The translations under genes and the position numbers were made by a program. The notes under the pieces are model-generated. The model was not told where the DNA came from and ran no database searches. It saw only the letters and a list, made by a program, of their open reading frames with translations. From an uncultured Elusimicrobia bacterium (GTDB lineage: Bacteria; Elusimicrobiota; Elusimicrobia; JACQPE01), in contig CAYHKQ010000006.1 of NCBI GenBank assembly GCA_964357255.1, positions 1 through 44,527 of the forward strand: DNA of 44,527 nucleotides, written 5' to 3'. Below are positions 17,684 to 27,036 of this stretch, one piece after another. Numbering within the stretch: position 1 is the first letter of the stretch; each line of letters starts with the position of its first letter.

Positions 17684-18986
17684 GGTTCGACGAAAGATGA
17701 CGGCCGACGGCGGCGTATGTGATGTTCGAGCGGCCGGCCAATGAAAATTCCAAAAAACGATTGGGGTCAATGACAATGGTTCGGCGCATGAGAGAGGCAA
17801 TTTGGCCGGCTGAGAGTTCGCGGAAAACCGGCCAAGCCGTTGCCAAGTAAAGCGCGTCGGCCCGGTGCAACGCTTCTTCGATTTTGGAACAGAGATTGAT
17901 CATGCGTTCTAATGGTCGGGGCAGTTTGCTGATTGCCGGGTCATAAGCGTGAACCTGGGCTCGATGGGTAGCCAGCCATCGGCACAATTCAATCGCGCTC
18001 GAACGCCTCAGAGTATCCGTGCCAGGTTTGTAGGTCAAGCCCAGGACGGCAATTTTTTTGCCCCAGAGGCGGCCGAGGAGTTCCTTGATTTTATGCTGAG
18101 GCCAGCTTTTGTGCGCTTCGTTGCTTGCCATGACGGCGCTCATAAGTGGTGTCGGCGCCTTTTTTTGTCGGCCCAGGTGTTCAAGAAACGTGATATCGCG
18201 CGCCAGGGTGCCGCCGGCAAAAGCGCTGCCCGGCGCGAGATAGGCTCTGGGCCCGATGCGCTCGTCGCTTTTTAAGCCGCGCTCGATTTCTTTGGCATCG
18301 GCTCCGACGCGTTCCGCCAGCGCGGCCATTTCATTGGCGAAGGCCACGGACATCCCCAAGAAAGCGTTTAAAGCATGTTTGGTCATCTCGGCGGATTCGA
18401 CGCTCATCCATTCAATGCTTCGGCTAAATGGCGCGAGCATTAGGGCTAATCGTTCTCGGTCCTTGGCTTGGCGGACGCCGGCAACGATGCGCGCGGGATG
18501 TCGGAAAGCGTCGAGGGCTTGGCCCAGGCGCAGATTTTCCGGTAAATAAGCAAAAGAAACCCGGCGGCGGGGAAAACGCTTCCGGTAGGAATGTTCGACC
18601 TGAGCGGTGAATCCTACGGGGACTTGAGAGGAAATCGCCACAAGAGCCCCTTCTTTGAGATGAGGGAAAAGCCGCGAGATTCGGTTGCGAATAAAACCGT
18701 AGTCAGCCTTATCTTTATCATTGACCGGAGTGTCAAAAGTAACCCAAATGAGATCAGCATTCCGTAGAGCGCCGGCCAATTTGGAGGTGAAGGACAATCG
18801 GCCTGAGGCAATGCCGGTTTTGATAAGTTCGTCCAATCCGTGTTCGGCCAGTGGGGCATGGCCTTGACCCAAACGCCTAATGGCGTCCGCATCGGGATCG
18901 CAACCCACAGTGGGAAAATGTTCCGCCAAGCAGGCGGCTGTCACTGAACCCAGATGCCAGAGGCCCCAGACGCAGATTTTTTTCAA
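17673..18986 (-). CDS. UDP-glucose/GDP-mannose dehydrogenase family protein lacking the catalytic Cys (LmbL family)
   Basis: UGD fold motifs SAEMTKHALNAFL, D.RIG, GLTYKPGTDTLRRS; GGSC is replaced by GGTL. TTG 18986 overlaps the upstream TGA. Confidence 0.88.
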   Translation of the reverse strand: MKKICVWGLWHLGSVTAACLAEHFPTVGCDPDADAIRRLGQGHAPLAEHGLDELIKTGIASGRLSFTSKLAGALRNADLIWVTFDTPVNDKDKADYGFIRNRISRLFPHLKEGALVAISSQVPVGFTAQVEHSYRKRFPRRRVSFAYLPENLRLGQALDAFRHPARIVAGVRQAKDRERLALMLAPFSRSIEWMSVESAEMTKHALNAFLGMSVAFANEMAALAERVGADAKEIERGLKSDERIGPRAYLAPGSAFAGGTLARDITFLEHLGRQKKAPTPLMSAVMASNEAHKSWPQHKIKELLGRLWGKKIAVLGLTYKPGTDTLRRSSAIELCRWLATHRAQVHAYDPAISKLPRPLERMINLCSKIEEALHRADALYLATAWPVFRELSAGQIASLMRRTIVIDPNRFLEFSLAGRSNITYAAVGRHLSSNHEA

Positions 18987-19957
18987 CGCCGTTCGAGAAC
19001 CCAAGCGTTGGCTTGGTGATAGCGCAGGGTGCGCGCAATTCCTTCTTCAATCGTGAGGGTCGGTTGCCACCCCAAAGACCTGATCCGTTTGGTGTCAAGG
19101 AAAATGAAAGGATTGTCTCCGACCCAGCCGCGCGCGCCGCCGGCGTAAGTGATCTTGGGACTTAAACCCAGCGCCTGGGTGATCCAGCGGATCGAGTCGT
19201 TGACCGTGCAGTAACCATCTACGCCTAAGTTGAAGATGTTGACTTTCTCAGAGGCCTTTTCGACAGCCATGAAAATGGCATTGATGCAGTCTTGAACATA
19301 GATATAGGATTTTCGCTGGGCTCCATCTCCCAAAACGTGCAGTTTTGCGGGATCGTCCAGCAGTTGTTTGTAAAAATCAAAGACATGGCCATGAGTATAG
19401 CGTTCACCCAAAATGCCGGCAAAACGAAAAATCCATGATTGAAAGTCAAAGCCTTCGCAGTAAGCCTGGATCATACCTTCGGCCGCCAGTTTTGAGGCGC
19501 CGTAGAGAGAGGTTTGAATGGGGAAAGGGGTGTCCTCCGGGGTTGGGATAACCGCGCTGTCGCCATAGATGGCTCCTGTTGAGGCAAAAGCGATGCGCTT
19601 GATAGTGTTGGCTCGCATGGCTTCGAGCACATGGTAGGTGGCGACGGTATTGTTGTCCAGGTCTTTGCGCGGATGCTCCAGGCCGAAGCGAACATCGGCA
19701 TTGGCGGCCAAGTGATAGACAAAGTGACAGCCGCTCATGGCCTTGGCCACGAGGTCGTAATCTAAAAGGTCGCCCCGGACCAGCGTGAAGGAGGGGGAAC
19801 GCCCGGCTTCTTTAAGAAATTTTTCCTGGCCTGTTGAGAAGTTGTCAAAAATAACGACCCGATGGCCTTCCCCCAGCAAGCGATCCGCTAAATTGCTGCC
19901 AATGAATCCAGCCCCGCCGGTTACGAAAATTTTTTCGCGATGATTTAAGCTAGTCAT
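18983..19957 (-). CDS. NAD-dependent epimerase (extended SDR, LmbM/GalE-like)
   Basis: [27 protein letters not shown]. Confidence 0.93.
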   Translation of the reverse strand: MTSLNHREKIFVTGGAGFIGSNLADRLLGEGHRVVIFDNFSTGQEKFLKEAGRSPSFTLVRGDLLDYDLVAKAMSGCHFVYHLAANADVRFGLEHPRKDLDNNTVATYHVLEAMRANTIKRIAFASTGAIYGDSAVIPTPEDTPFPIQTSLYGASKLAAEGMIQAYCEGFDFQSWIFRFAGILGERYTHGHVFDFYKQLLDDPAKLHVLGDGAQRKSYIYVQDCINAIFMAVEKASEKVNIFNLGVDGYCTVNDSIRWITQALGLSPKITYAGGARGWVGDNPFIFLDTKRIRSLGWQPTLTIEEGIARTLRYHQANAWVLERR

Positions 19958-19963
19958 GGTTGA

Positions 19964-19972
19964 AATGTATCA
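19964..19972 (-). promoter_or_regulatory. Putative extended -10 promoter (TGaTACATT), leaderless geometry
   Basis: 6 nt upstream of the ATG of the first gene of the sugar operon. Confidence 0.4.
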
Positions 19973-20010
19973 AATTCCTGATAGGTTGCCCCAGGGGTTC
20001 GAAGGCAAGG

Positions 20011-20724
20011 TCAACCATTCTTTGCAGGGGCTACCTTAAAGATAAATTGAAATCCAAACAGGGCAGGGCAAAGCGAATAGAACCAATGCAAAAATTTCGG
20101 GCCGAGCTTGGGGATTCTGTTCAACAACCCATTGAATTTAGGAATCCCGTTGTCCCAGTCAAAAGACCACTTCTCAATTTTTAAGCCCGCCTCTTGCAAA
20201 AGTTCTCCGGCTGTTTTCAAAGTAAAAAATTTAAGATGAGTATTGTCCAGGATGCCGCTTTCTGTGTAGTCAAAATTTCCTTTCCAGAGCTTCAGGCGAA
20301 TCGACCAGTGCGCGATATTGGGTAGGGCAATTACAAAACAACCGTTCGAACTCAGAAGCAATTTTAATCTATTGAGAACCTCTAAGGGATTTTGCAAATG
20401 TTCAAGAATGTTACTACAGAGAATGACCTCAAACCTTTCGCCCCTGCCCTCTAATTTTGACAAAACTTCTTTTGATTCAATGTCCCCGGTAATGATCCCC
20501 TCGTAAATTTCTCTTGCCTCTTCTGCTGCTTGCCGGTTTAATTCCACGCCAAAAATTTTGCAGTTTTGTTTTTCTTTTAAGTATTTTCCGATGTAGCCAT
20601 TCGCGCAACCAATTTCCAGAACTTTCTTATTTTCTCCAATCATGCGCACAATCTGCGCGTCCGCCCAGTGGGGATCCAGAGACCCGATGTCATAATTCTC
20701 GCGATGATATTTAATTTTGCTCAT
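20011..20724 (-). CDS. Class I SAM-dependent methyltransferase, AT-rich
   Basis: VLEIGCANG, ILEHLQNP, ALPNIAHW, GILDNTHLKFFT. Confidence 0.9.
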   Translation of the reverse strand: MSKIKYHRENYDIGSLDPHWADAQIVRMIGENKKVLEIGCANGYIGKYLKEKQNCKIFGVELNRQAAEEAREIYEGIITGDIESKEVLSKLEGRGERFEVILCSNILEHLQNPLEVLNRLKLLLSSNGCFVIALPNIAHWSIRLKLWKGNFDYTESGILDNTHLKFFTLKTAGELLQEAGLKIEKWSFDWDNGIPKFNGLLNRIPKLGPKFLHWFYSLCPALFGFQFIFKVAPAKNG

Positions 20725-20745
20725 GGACTGCCCAAATTTAAATCT

Positions 20746-22452
20746 TTAGCGTTGGTTCAACGAAAAACCGGAATCCGCCTGGGAATTTTTTGCGATGGCC
20801 TGGATTCTTTGACGCTCATGTTCCGCCTGTTCCGAGAGGCCTTCTTTTTCGTACTCTTCCAGCATTTGCCGGTGAAATTCTTCGTCTTGCGTGATGTCGT
20901 AAATGAAAACCGTTTGACCGATTTTATCAGCAATTTTTTTGTTTTTCAAGGAGTTAAATTTTTCCGGCATGTTCAAGAGGACGCTCGTATCAACGGCCAA
21001 TATTTCCCGGAGAGGGGCAAGAGAGTTTAGGCGAAAGGGCCGGCGGCCATAGCGTTGGTTGGAGAAATAATTTTGAGCATGAATACCGTAATATTCCGCC
21101 GGAGCGGTCTGGTTGCTGGAAAGCACAACTTCGGTCCCCGGCCGCTTGCTTAGGTAATCGCCCAGTCTTTTAAAATTTTGGCCGTAATCTGAATCCTGGA
21201 TCAGCCTCCAGCCTGCGGAGGGGCCGCCGGCGAGCGGGCTTAAATAAGCAAGATCGTTAGGATAGGTGCTCACCCGTTCGATGAGCAAGGTCAGGATCGC
21301 CAGAGATCCTATCCATCGTGTTTTGGGATTTTGAAGCAACCGTCCGAGGGCCAAGCCGCCCATCATGAACAGAAAGGGAAAAATGGGCAGGAGATGGCGG
21401 ATGCCGAGTTGCACCTTGCTCGTCGAAGCCAGGGCAAAGTACATGACGACGGGGATTAGTAGAAAATAGCCGTTTTTGGTCCGGTATGCCCAATAGGATC
21501 CGAGCGCCATCAATGCAATGCTTGCCGGCGGCATTTTAAAGAGAAAGTTAACCACGAAGTAGTAGATCCAGCCATCAGGCGATTTGTGCCCGAAAAGGTA
21601 ATTGCTCCAGCCTCGTTTTATGGCATTGCCGAAAATCCATCGAAGCGATGTTAGGTAACGCGGCAGTTCCACGATGAAATAATCCAACACCAGGAAGGCC
21701 GAGGCGATGAGAACAACGGCCAGAAGGCTTTTGAGGGGGACGTCCCAGGAGGGATTTTTGTATCGGTGTGCCAGCAAGATGGCCGCGGCGAAGGGGAAGA
21801 CGAAGATTCCCGATACCTTGGCGGCCAGGATAAACCCGAAGGCCAGGCCTGTTCCAAGAACGGACCATCGGCTTGGATAATGGAGCATCCGCCACAGGCT
21901 TGCAATGGCCAGGAAGAGGAATAAACCCGCGCCTAGATCAATCATGGCCAAGCCGGAGTGTGCCACGATGCTCGGGCAGGTCGTATAAAGAAAAACGCTT
22001 GCAAGCGCCGCGGCATCGCCCCAGCATTGGCGGGTCCAGGCGTAGATTAAGAGGGCCAGCAGGCACGAGAGCGACAGCGCCGCCAAACGGCAAACCAACA
22101 GTATTTTTTCCGCAGGCTGTGTGTTATAAAAGATCAGATCTACGGCCAGTTGCGTGGTCGGGATGGTTGAGATCGGCAGATCTTTAATTTTGGACCAAAA
22201 TTTTTCCGGGAATTCTAGATTCAGTAAAAAAAGCGGCGCCGCCAAAATTTGATTGATCAACGGCGGGTTTGACATGTTGAGATTAAATTTTCCTTTCTTG
22301 AGAAAAACATAACCCATCGTGATGTGGTGAGGCTCGTCAATGGCCGGTGAATTTTTCCGGATGCCTTCTTGCGCTTGAAGGGCTAAGGCGCCAAGGAGCA
22401 ATCCCAGGCCCAGGCGTCTATAGAATGGGGGAATCTTGCGCGGGTTGTTCAT
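20746..22452 (-). CDS. GT-C membrane glycosyltransferase (ArnT/PMT-like)
   Basis: SPAIDEPHH acidic loop, many TM helices, AAKVSG, IRHLLP, DSDYGQ. Confidence 0.87.
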   Translation of the reverse strand: MNNPRKIPPFYRRLGLGLLLGALALQAQEGIRKNSPAIDEPHHITMGYVFLKKGKFNLNMSNPPLINQILAAPLFLLNLEFPEKFWSKIKDLPISTIPTTQLAVDLIFYNTQPAEKILLVCRLAALSLSCLLALLIYAWTRQCWGDAAALASVFLYTTCPSIVAHSGLAMIDLGAGLFLFLAIASLWRMLHYPSRWSVLGTGLAFGFILAAKVSGIFVFPFAAAILLAHRYKNPSWDVPLKSLLAVVLIASAFLVLDYFIVELPRYLTSLRWIFGNAIKRGWSNYLFGHKSPDGWIYYFVVNFLFKMPPASIALMALGSYWAYRTKNGYFLLIPVVMYFALASTSKVQLGIRHLLPIFPFLFMMGGLALGRLLQNPKTRWIGSLAILTLLIERVSTYPNDLAYLSPLAGGPSAGWRLIQDSDYGQNFKRLGDYLSKRPGTEVVLSSNQTAPAEYYGIHAQNYFSNQRYGRRPFRLNSLAPLREILAVDTSVLLNMPEKFNSLKNKKIADKIGQTVFIYDITQDEEFHRQMLEEYEKEGLSEQAEHERQRIQAIAKNSQADSGFSLNQR

Positions 22453-23872
22453 AGTCGTTTTGTTTGTTCCAAAGTTTTTGAATTTTAGCTAGGTCATGTT
22501 CCTTAAGGAGTCCCACGAGGACGACATAGAGCGCAAATGAGATTGGCGCTAGATAATAGAAGGACGTCAGATAACCCACCGCCATGCTTAACATTAACCC
22601 CAGGCAAAGAAGAAGGCTTTCCCGCGCGATTTTGATGCCGTGACGCCAAAGCTGGGCCGTTATGGCAAGAGTGACGATGAACGACCCTATGACCGTTGCC
22701 GAGGCTGCGCCGGCCGCTTTCCAAGTTGGGATCAGCAAGAAATCCAAGAGGGCGATAATGGCAAATCCGCAAAAGCCAAGGGCGATAGAAATTTGAGGTT
22801 TGTTAATTGCCAGAAAAAAGGAGCCACTGAGGCTTTGCAAGCCTACAAAGAAAAGCAATGCCGAGTAAATGCGCAATACAATGACGCTCTCGGCGTATCC
22901 CGGCCCCAGGGCCAGGGTGACAATATCTTGCGCCGCGGCAAAGAGAGTCAGGGCCGTTAAGCCGCACGAGATACCCAGCATTTTAGTGCCAAAAGTGATA
23001 ATTGTTTCACGGGTATGGAGGGTGTCGGGATGAGAGAAGTAATAGACGAAGGGAACGGCCATGGGCGCGAGCATCAGGCTTTCAAGCATTCTGGGGATTT
23101 TGATTCCGGCAAAATAAAAGCCAACTTGAGCGGGGTCTTTTAGGAGCAGGCGAAGCAGAATCGGGTCCACCGAGGTTATGAGCATAAAGACAATCTGGCC
23201 GAGAAAAAGAAGAGTCCCATAGCGCAGAACTGTTTTAGGAATAGCGAGATCGTGCCAGTCTAAGAGTGGCCGGATTTGGACTAGGGAGATTAGGACAAAA
23301 ACCGCGAATGACAAGGAAAAGGCCCAAAAAGCCGAATAGAATGTTTTGGCGAGCAAGAAAATAAAAGCGATGGCGAGGAGTCGCGCCGCTATCTCAGCGC
23401 TTCCCTCCAGGGCCGACCAGGCAAGGAATCGGCCCGTTCCCCGGAAGATTCCTTGCACGACGTTGAACAGGGCTATGCTCAGAATAAAAAGCGGGAAAGC
23501 CGGTCCGACTTTTTTGATTTCCGAGGGGATGAATTGCGGATAGAGTCTCAAGACCAGGGCCAATAAGGCAAAAAATATTAGGGTTCCCAGGGCGCTAATC
23601 TCGAGAGCTTGCGAGGCTAGTCTGGCCTTGGAGCGCTCTTCCTTGTATTCGGGCATAAATTTAGCCAATGTGCCCGAAGAGCCGAAGGAGAGAATTAATC
23701 CGCTCATCATGGCCAGATGCGACACGAGGGAGAATTTTCCAAACTCATAGGGACTCAGCGCTCGGATTAATAGGATTGTGCAGACGGTGGTTGCCAAGGC
23801 GAAGAAACCCTTGAGCCCCGTGTACGCGGCGGCTGAAAAAAAGATTTTGCGGTAGATGGTTTTATCCGTCAT
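22418..23872 (-). CDS. wzx: Oligosaccharide flippase (Wzx/MOP family)
   Basis: Multi-TM; RALSPYEFG, VGFY, LIP.W.AAGA. Start placed at ATG 23872 to avoid overlap with the divergent gene. Confidence 0.85.
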   Translation of the reverse strand: MTDKTIYRKIFFSAAAYTGLKGFFALATTVCTILLIRALSPYEFGKFSLVSHLAMMSGLILSFGSSGTLAKFMPEYKEERSKARLASQALEISALGTLIFFALLALVLRLYPQFIPSEIKKVGPAFPLFILSIALFNVVQGIFRGTGRFLAWSALEGSAEIAARLLAIAFIFLLAKTFYSAFWAFSLSFAVFVLISLVQIRPLLDWHDLAIPKTVLRYGTLLFLGQIVFMLITSVDPILLRLLLKDPAQVGFYFAGIKIPRMLESLMLAPMAVPFVYYFSHPDTLHTRETIITFGTKMLGISCGLTALTLFAAAQDIVTLALGPGYAESVIVLRIYSALLFFVGLQSLSGSFFLAINKPQISIALGFCGFAIIALLDFLLIPTWKAAGAASATVIGSFIVTLAITAQLWRHGIKIARESLLLCLGLMLSMAVGYLTSFYYLAPISFALYVVLVGLLKEHDLAKIQKLWNKQNDYEQPAQDSPIL

Positions 23873-23903
23873 TGCAGGGAATAATAGTAAGATTTGGGTC
23901 CAG

Positions 23904-25211
23904 ATGAGTTTCTCCGAGGAGTTGGCCGCGAAAATCAAAAATCGGTCGGCGCGAGTGGGCGTCGTGGGGTTGGGTTATGTGGGTTTGCCCGTGGCCGTGG
24001 AGTTTGCCGGGGCTGGATTTACCGCCATTGGTTTTGATGTTAATCGGAGCAGAATCAAGGCATTGCGCTTTGGCCGTTCCCACATTCCTGACGTCGCTTC
24101 CAGTCAAGTGCAAGCCCTGATCAAACACGGACAACTAAAGGTGACTGATCAGGAAAAAGCGCTGGGATCGTGCGATGCCATTGTCATTTGCGTGCCGACG
24201 CCGCTGAGAAAATCTAAAGACCCGGACATGTCTTTTATCTTGCAAAGCGCCCAAGGCGTTGGCCGGCATTTAAGACGAGGCCAGCTTGTTATTTTGGAAA
24301 GCACGACCTATCCTGGCACGACGCGGGAGTTGGTTCTGCCATGTTTGGCGCGCAAAGGATTGGAGGTGGGAAGGGATTTCTTTTTGGCTTTTTCTCCTGA
24401 AAGGATTGATCCGGGAAACAAGAATTTTACAGTGACGAATACACCCAAGGTGGTGGGCGGCATAACAGCCAATTGCGCGCGGCTGGCCGCCCAGCTTTAT
24501 CAAACTTTGGTGAGCCGGATTATTCAAGTGTCCTCATCTGAGTCGGCGGAAATGGTTAAGCTTTTGGAAAATACGTTTCGAGCGGTCAATATCGGCTTAG
24601 TCAACGAAGTCGCGCTGATGTGCCATCGTTTGAGGCTGGACGTATGGGAAGTCATTGAAGCCGCGGCCAGCAAGCCTTTTGGCTTTATGCCCTTTTATCC
24701 GGGGCCGGGCATTGGGGGGCACTGTATTCCGCTGGATCCCCAGTATTTGGCTTGGAAGATGAAGGAGCTTCATTTTGAACCGCGGTTCATCACCCTGGCC
24801 GACAGCGTCAATTCGGCGATGCCTCGTTATGTGGTCAATCGTATCGCTGCCTTGCTAAATGAGGACCGCAAGCCTCTTCATGGCAGCTCAATTCTTTTAG
24901 TGGGCGTCGCTTATAAGCCCGGCGTCGGAGATATTCGCGAATCCCCAGCCTTGGATATCATTCATCTTTTGTTGGAGGCCAAGGCCAGGGTTTGCTATTA
25001 CGATCCTTATATTCCCCGGCTGGCTCTTGAGGGCCGCGTGTTTCGAAGCGTTGCTTTGAGCCGCGAAATTATCAAGGCGCAAGATTGCGTTGTCATTGTG
25101 ACGGCTCATCAGGATATTGACTACGCCGCCCTTGTCCGGCATGCTTCGCGAATTTTTGATACCCGCGATGCGACCAAAGGGATTCGCAGTCAAAAAATTT
25201 CTAAATTATAG
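23904..25211 (+). CDS. UDP-HexNAc 6-dehydrogenase (WbpA/TviB/WecC family)
   Basis: GLGYVGLP, CVPTP, ESTTYPGTT, SPERIDPG, KLLENTFRAVNI, intact GGHCIP. Confidence 0.93.
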   Translation: MSFSEELAAKIKNRSARVGVVGLGYVGLPVAVEFAGAGFTAIGFDVNRSRIKALRFGRSHIPDVASSQVQALIKHGQLKVTDQEKALGSCDAIVICVPTPLRKSKDPDMSFILQSAQGVGRHLRRGQLVILESTTYPGTTRELVLPCLARKGLEVGRDFFLAFSPERIDPGNKNFTVTNTPKVVGGITANCARLAAQLYQTLVSRIIQVSSSESAEMVKLLENTFRAVNIGLVNEVALMCHRLRLDVWEVIEAAASKPFGFMPFYPGPGIGGHCIPLDPQYLAWKMKELHFEPRFITLADSVNSAMPRYVVNRIAALLNEDRKPLHGSSILLVGVAYKPGVGDIRESPALDIIHLLLEAKARVCYYDPYIPRLALEGRVFRSVALSREIIKAQDCVVIVTAHQDIDYAALVRHASRIFDTRDATKGIRSQKISKL

Positions 25212-25224
25212 GCAGGATGAATTT

Positions 25225-26193
25225 ATGGCGCGTTATTTAGTTACCGGGGGCGCGGGATTTATTGGAAGCCATTTGGCCGAGCGGCTCTTAAAGGACGGAC
25301 ATTCTGTCACCGTCATTGACAATTGCGCTACGGGTCGTTTAGCGAACGTCGCTCATTTGCGAGGCCATTCAAAATTTAATCTTTGCGTTGAATCCGTTCG
25401 CAATGAGATGGTCTTAGACCGCCTTGTTTGCGATTGCGATGTTATTTTTCACCTTGCCGCCTCCGTCGGCGTCAAGCTGATCGTGGAAAAACCCATTGAT
25501 GTGATCGAGACTAATGTGTTGGGGACGACGATGGTGTTGAATTTGGCCCGGCGATATTTAAAAAGCGTTTACATCGCCTCGACCTCGGAGATTTACGGCA
25601 AGAGCGAGCAGGTTCCTTTTAATGAAGACAGCGACCGGCTTTTGGGTTCGACGACAAAAAGCCGGTGGTGTTATTCGAGCTCCAAGGCGATTGATGAATT
25701 TTTAGCCTTAGCCTACTTTAAGGAACACAATTTAAAAATCGTCATCGGACGTTTTTTTAATACGATCGGCCCGCGTCAAACGGGCCAGTACGGCATGGTG
25801 GCGCCTCGTTTTGTTCAGGCGGCGCTGGCGGGACGCCCCGTAGAAGTTTATGGCGATGGAAATCAAAGCCGTTGTTTTTTGGACGTGGACGACGCGGTGG
25901 AAGCGATTGTCCGGTTGATGGATCATCCCAAGTCCGGCGGCCAGGTTTTCAATGTGGGCTCCAGCCGCGAAATTAGCATTAATGATTTGGCCAAAAAAAT
26001 TATTGAGTTGGCCGGCAGCAAGTCGGCCTTAGTGCGTATTCCCTACGAGCAGGCCTATGAACCGGGATTTGAGGATATGCGTCGGCGGGTGCCGGATGTC
26101 AGCAAGCTCAAGAAATGGGTGAACTTCGAGCCGCGTTATACCCTTGAGGATACCCTTGGGAAAATTATCGCTTACTACCATATCCATCCGTGA
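25225..26193 (+). CDS. NAD-dependent epimerase/decarboxylase (UXS/ArnA-C-like)
   Basis: [46 protein letters not shown] 25225 follows an AGGA SD. Confidence 0.88.
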   Translation: MARYLVTGGAGFIGSHLAERLLKDGHSVTVIDNCATGRLANVAHLRGHSKFNLCVESVRNEMVLDRLVCDCDVIFHLAASVGVKLIVEKPIDVIETNVLGTTMVLNLARRYLKSVYIASTSEIYGKSEQVPFNEDSDRLLGSTTKSRWCYSSSKAIDEFLALAYFKEHNLKIVIGRFFNTIGPRQTGQYGMVAPRFVQAALAGRPVEVYGDGNQSRCFLDVDDAVEAIVRLMDHPKSGGQVFNVGSSREISINDLAKKIIELAGSKSALVRIPYEQAYEPGFEDMRRRVPDVSKLKKWVNFEPRYTLEDTLGKIIAYYHIHP

Positions 26194-26867
26194 AACTGAC
26201 CATTATTGTTCCTGCCTTTAACGAAGAAAGGACGGTTGGCCGGGTGATCGAGCGCGTTTTGGCCTTGCCCATTGATAAGGAGATTTTGGTGGTTGACGAT
26301 GGTTCGACCGATCGTACGTGGGAGGTGCTAAAGCGGTTTGAAGGCCGGCCGGCCCTGAGGTTGCTTCGCCACGATAAAAACCAAGGCAAGGGCGCTGCAA
26401 TCCGCACCGCTCTGGCCCAGATGAGCGCAGAGGCCGTTTCTATTCAGGATGCCGATGATGAACTCGACCCTAATGAGATGCCTCTTCTCTTCGCCTTAAT
26501 TGAGCAGGGCCGGGCCGATGTTGTCTTTGGCACCCGTCACTTGAACGGGCAATCTCCCCACACCATCTACTACTGGGGCGACAGGATTCTTACTTGGATT
26601 TTTAATGTTCTCTACGGCCAGGCAATCACCGATCTTTATAATGGCTATAAGATTTTTCGTCGCGAGGCGATCCAGAGCATTACTCTGAAAAGCCGTGGGT
26701 TTGAATTTGAGGCGGAATCGGCGGCTAAAATCGCGAAGAAAGGGTATGTCATCCACGAGCTTCCCGTCTCCTACCGGCCGCGTTCGCGAGAGGCGGGGAA
26801 AAAAATCAACTGGAAAGATGCCTTTAAAGGATTGTGGACGATTCTGAAATATCGTTTTAGCGATTAA
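26190..26867 (+). CDS. GT2 glycosyltransferase, DPM1/ArnC-like
   Basis: IVPAFNE, VDDGSTD, NQGKGAA, QDAD, YRPR..GKKI.WKD. Confidence 0.93.
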   Translation: MKLTIIVPAFNEERTVGRVIERVLALPIDKEILVVDDGSTDRTWEVLKRFEGRPALRLLRHDKNQGKGAAIRTALAQMSAEAVSIQDADDELDPNEMPLLFALIEQGRADVVFGTRHLNGQSPHTIYYWGDRILTWIFNVLYGQAITDLYNGYKIFRREAIQSITLKSRGFEFEAESAAKIAKKGYVIHELPVSYRPRSREAGKKINWKDAFKGLWTILKYRFSD

Positions 26868-26897
26868 AACGCCGACGTGATTATAAACCAAGCCTTA

Positions 26898-27036
26898 GGT
26901 CCTGCGATGAAATTAATGACCCATCTGCGTCGTTGCTCGTCGCTAACGTACCACTGTGGGTACGCAGCGCTCCTCGCGCCTAGCATCTGGCCTAAATTTG
27001 GGCTTCCAGATGGGTCATTAATTTCATCGCAGGACC
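26898..27036. mobile_element. MITE, 139 bp, non-autonomous
   Basis: Perfect 30-bp TIRs GGTCCTGCGATGAAATTAATGACCCATCTG (26898-26927 and 27007-27036) flanked by a TTA direct repeat (26895-26897, 27037-27039). Confidence 0.88.

Noticed and set aside
10197-19957. A true lincosamide antibiotic cluster
   Set aside because: No aminotransferase, amino-acid adenylation or carrier protein, condensation, thiol-transfer or resistance genes in the window; the context is envelope glycosylation.
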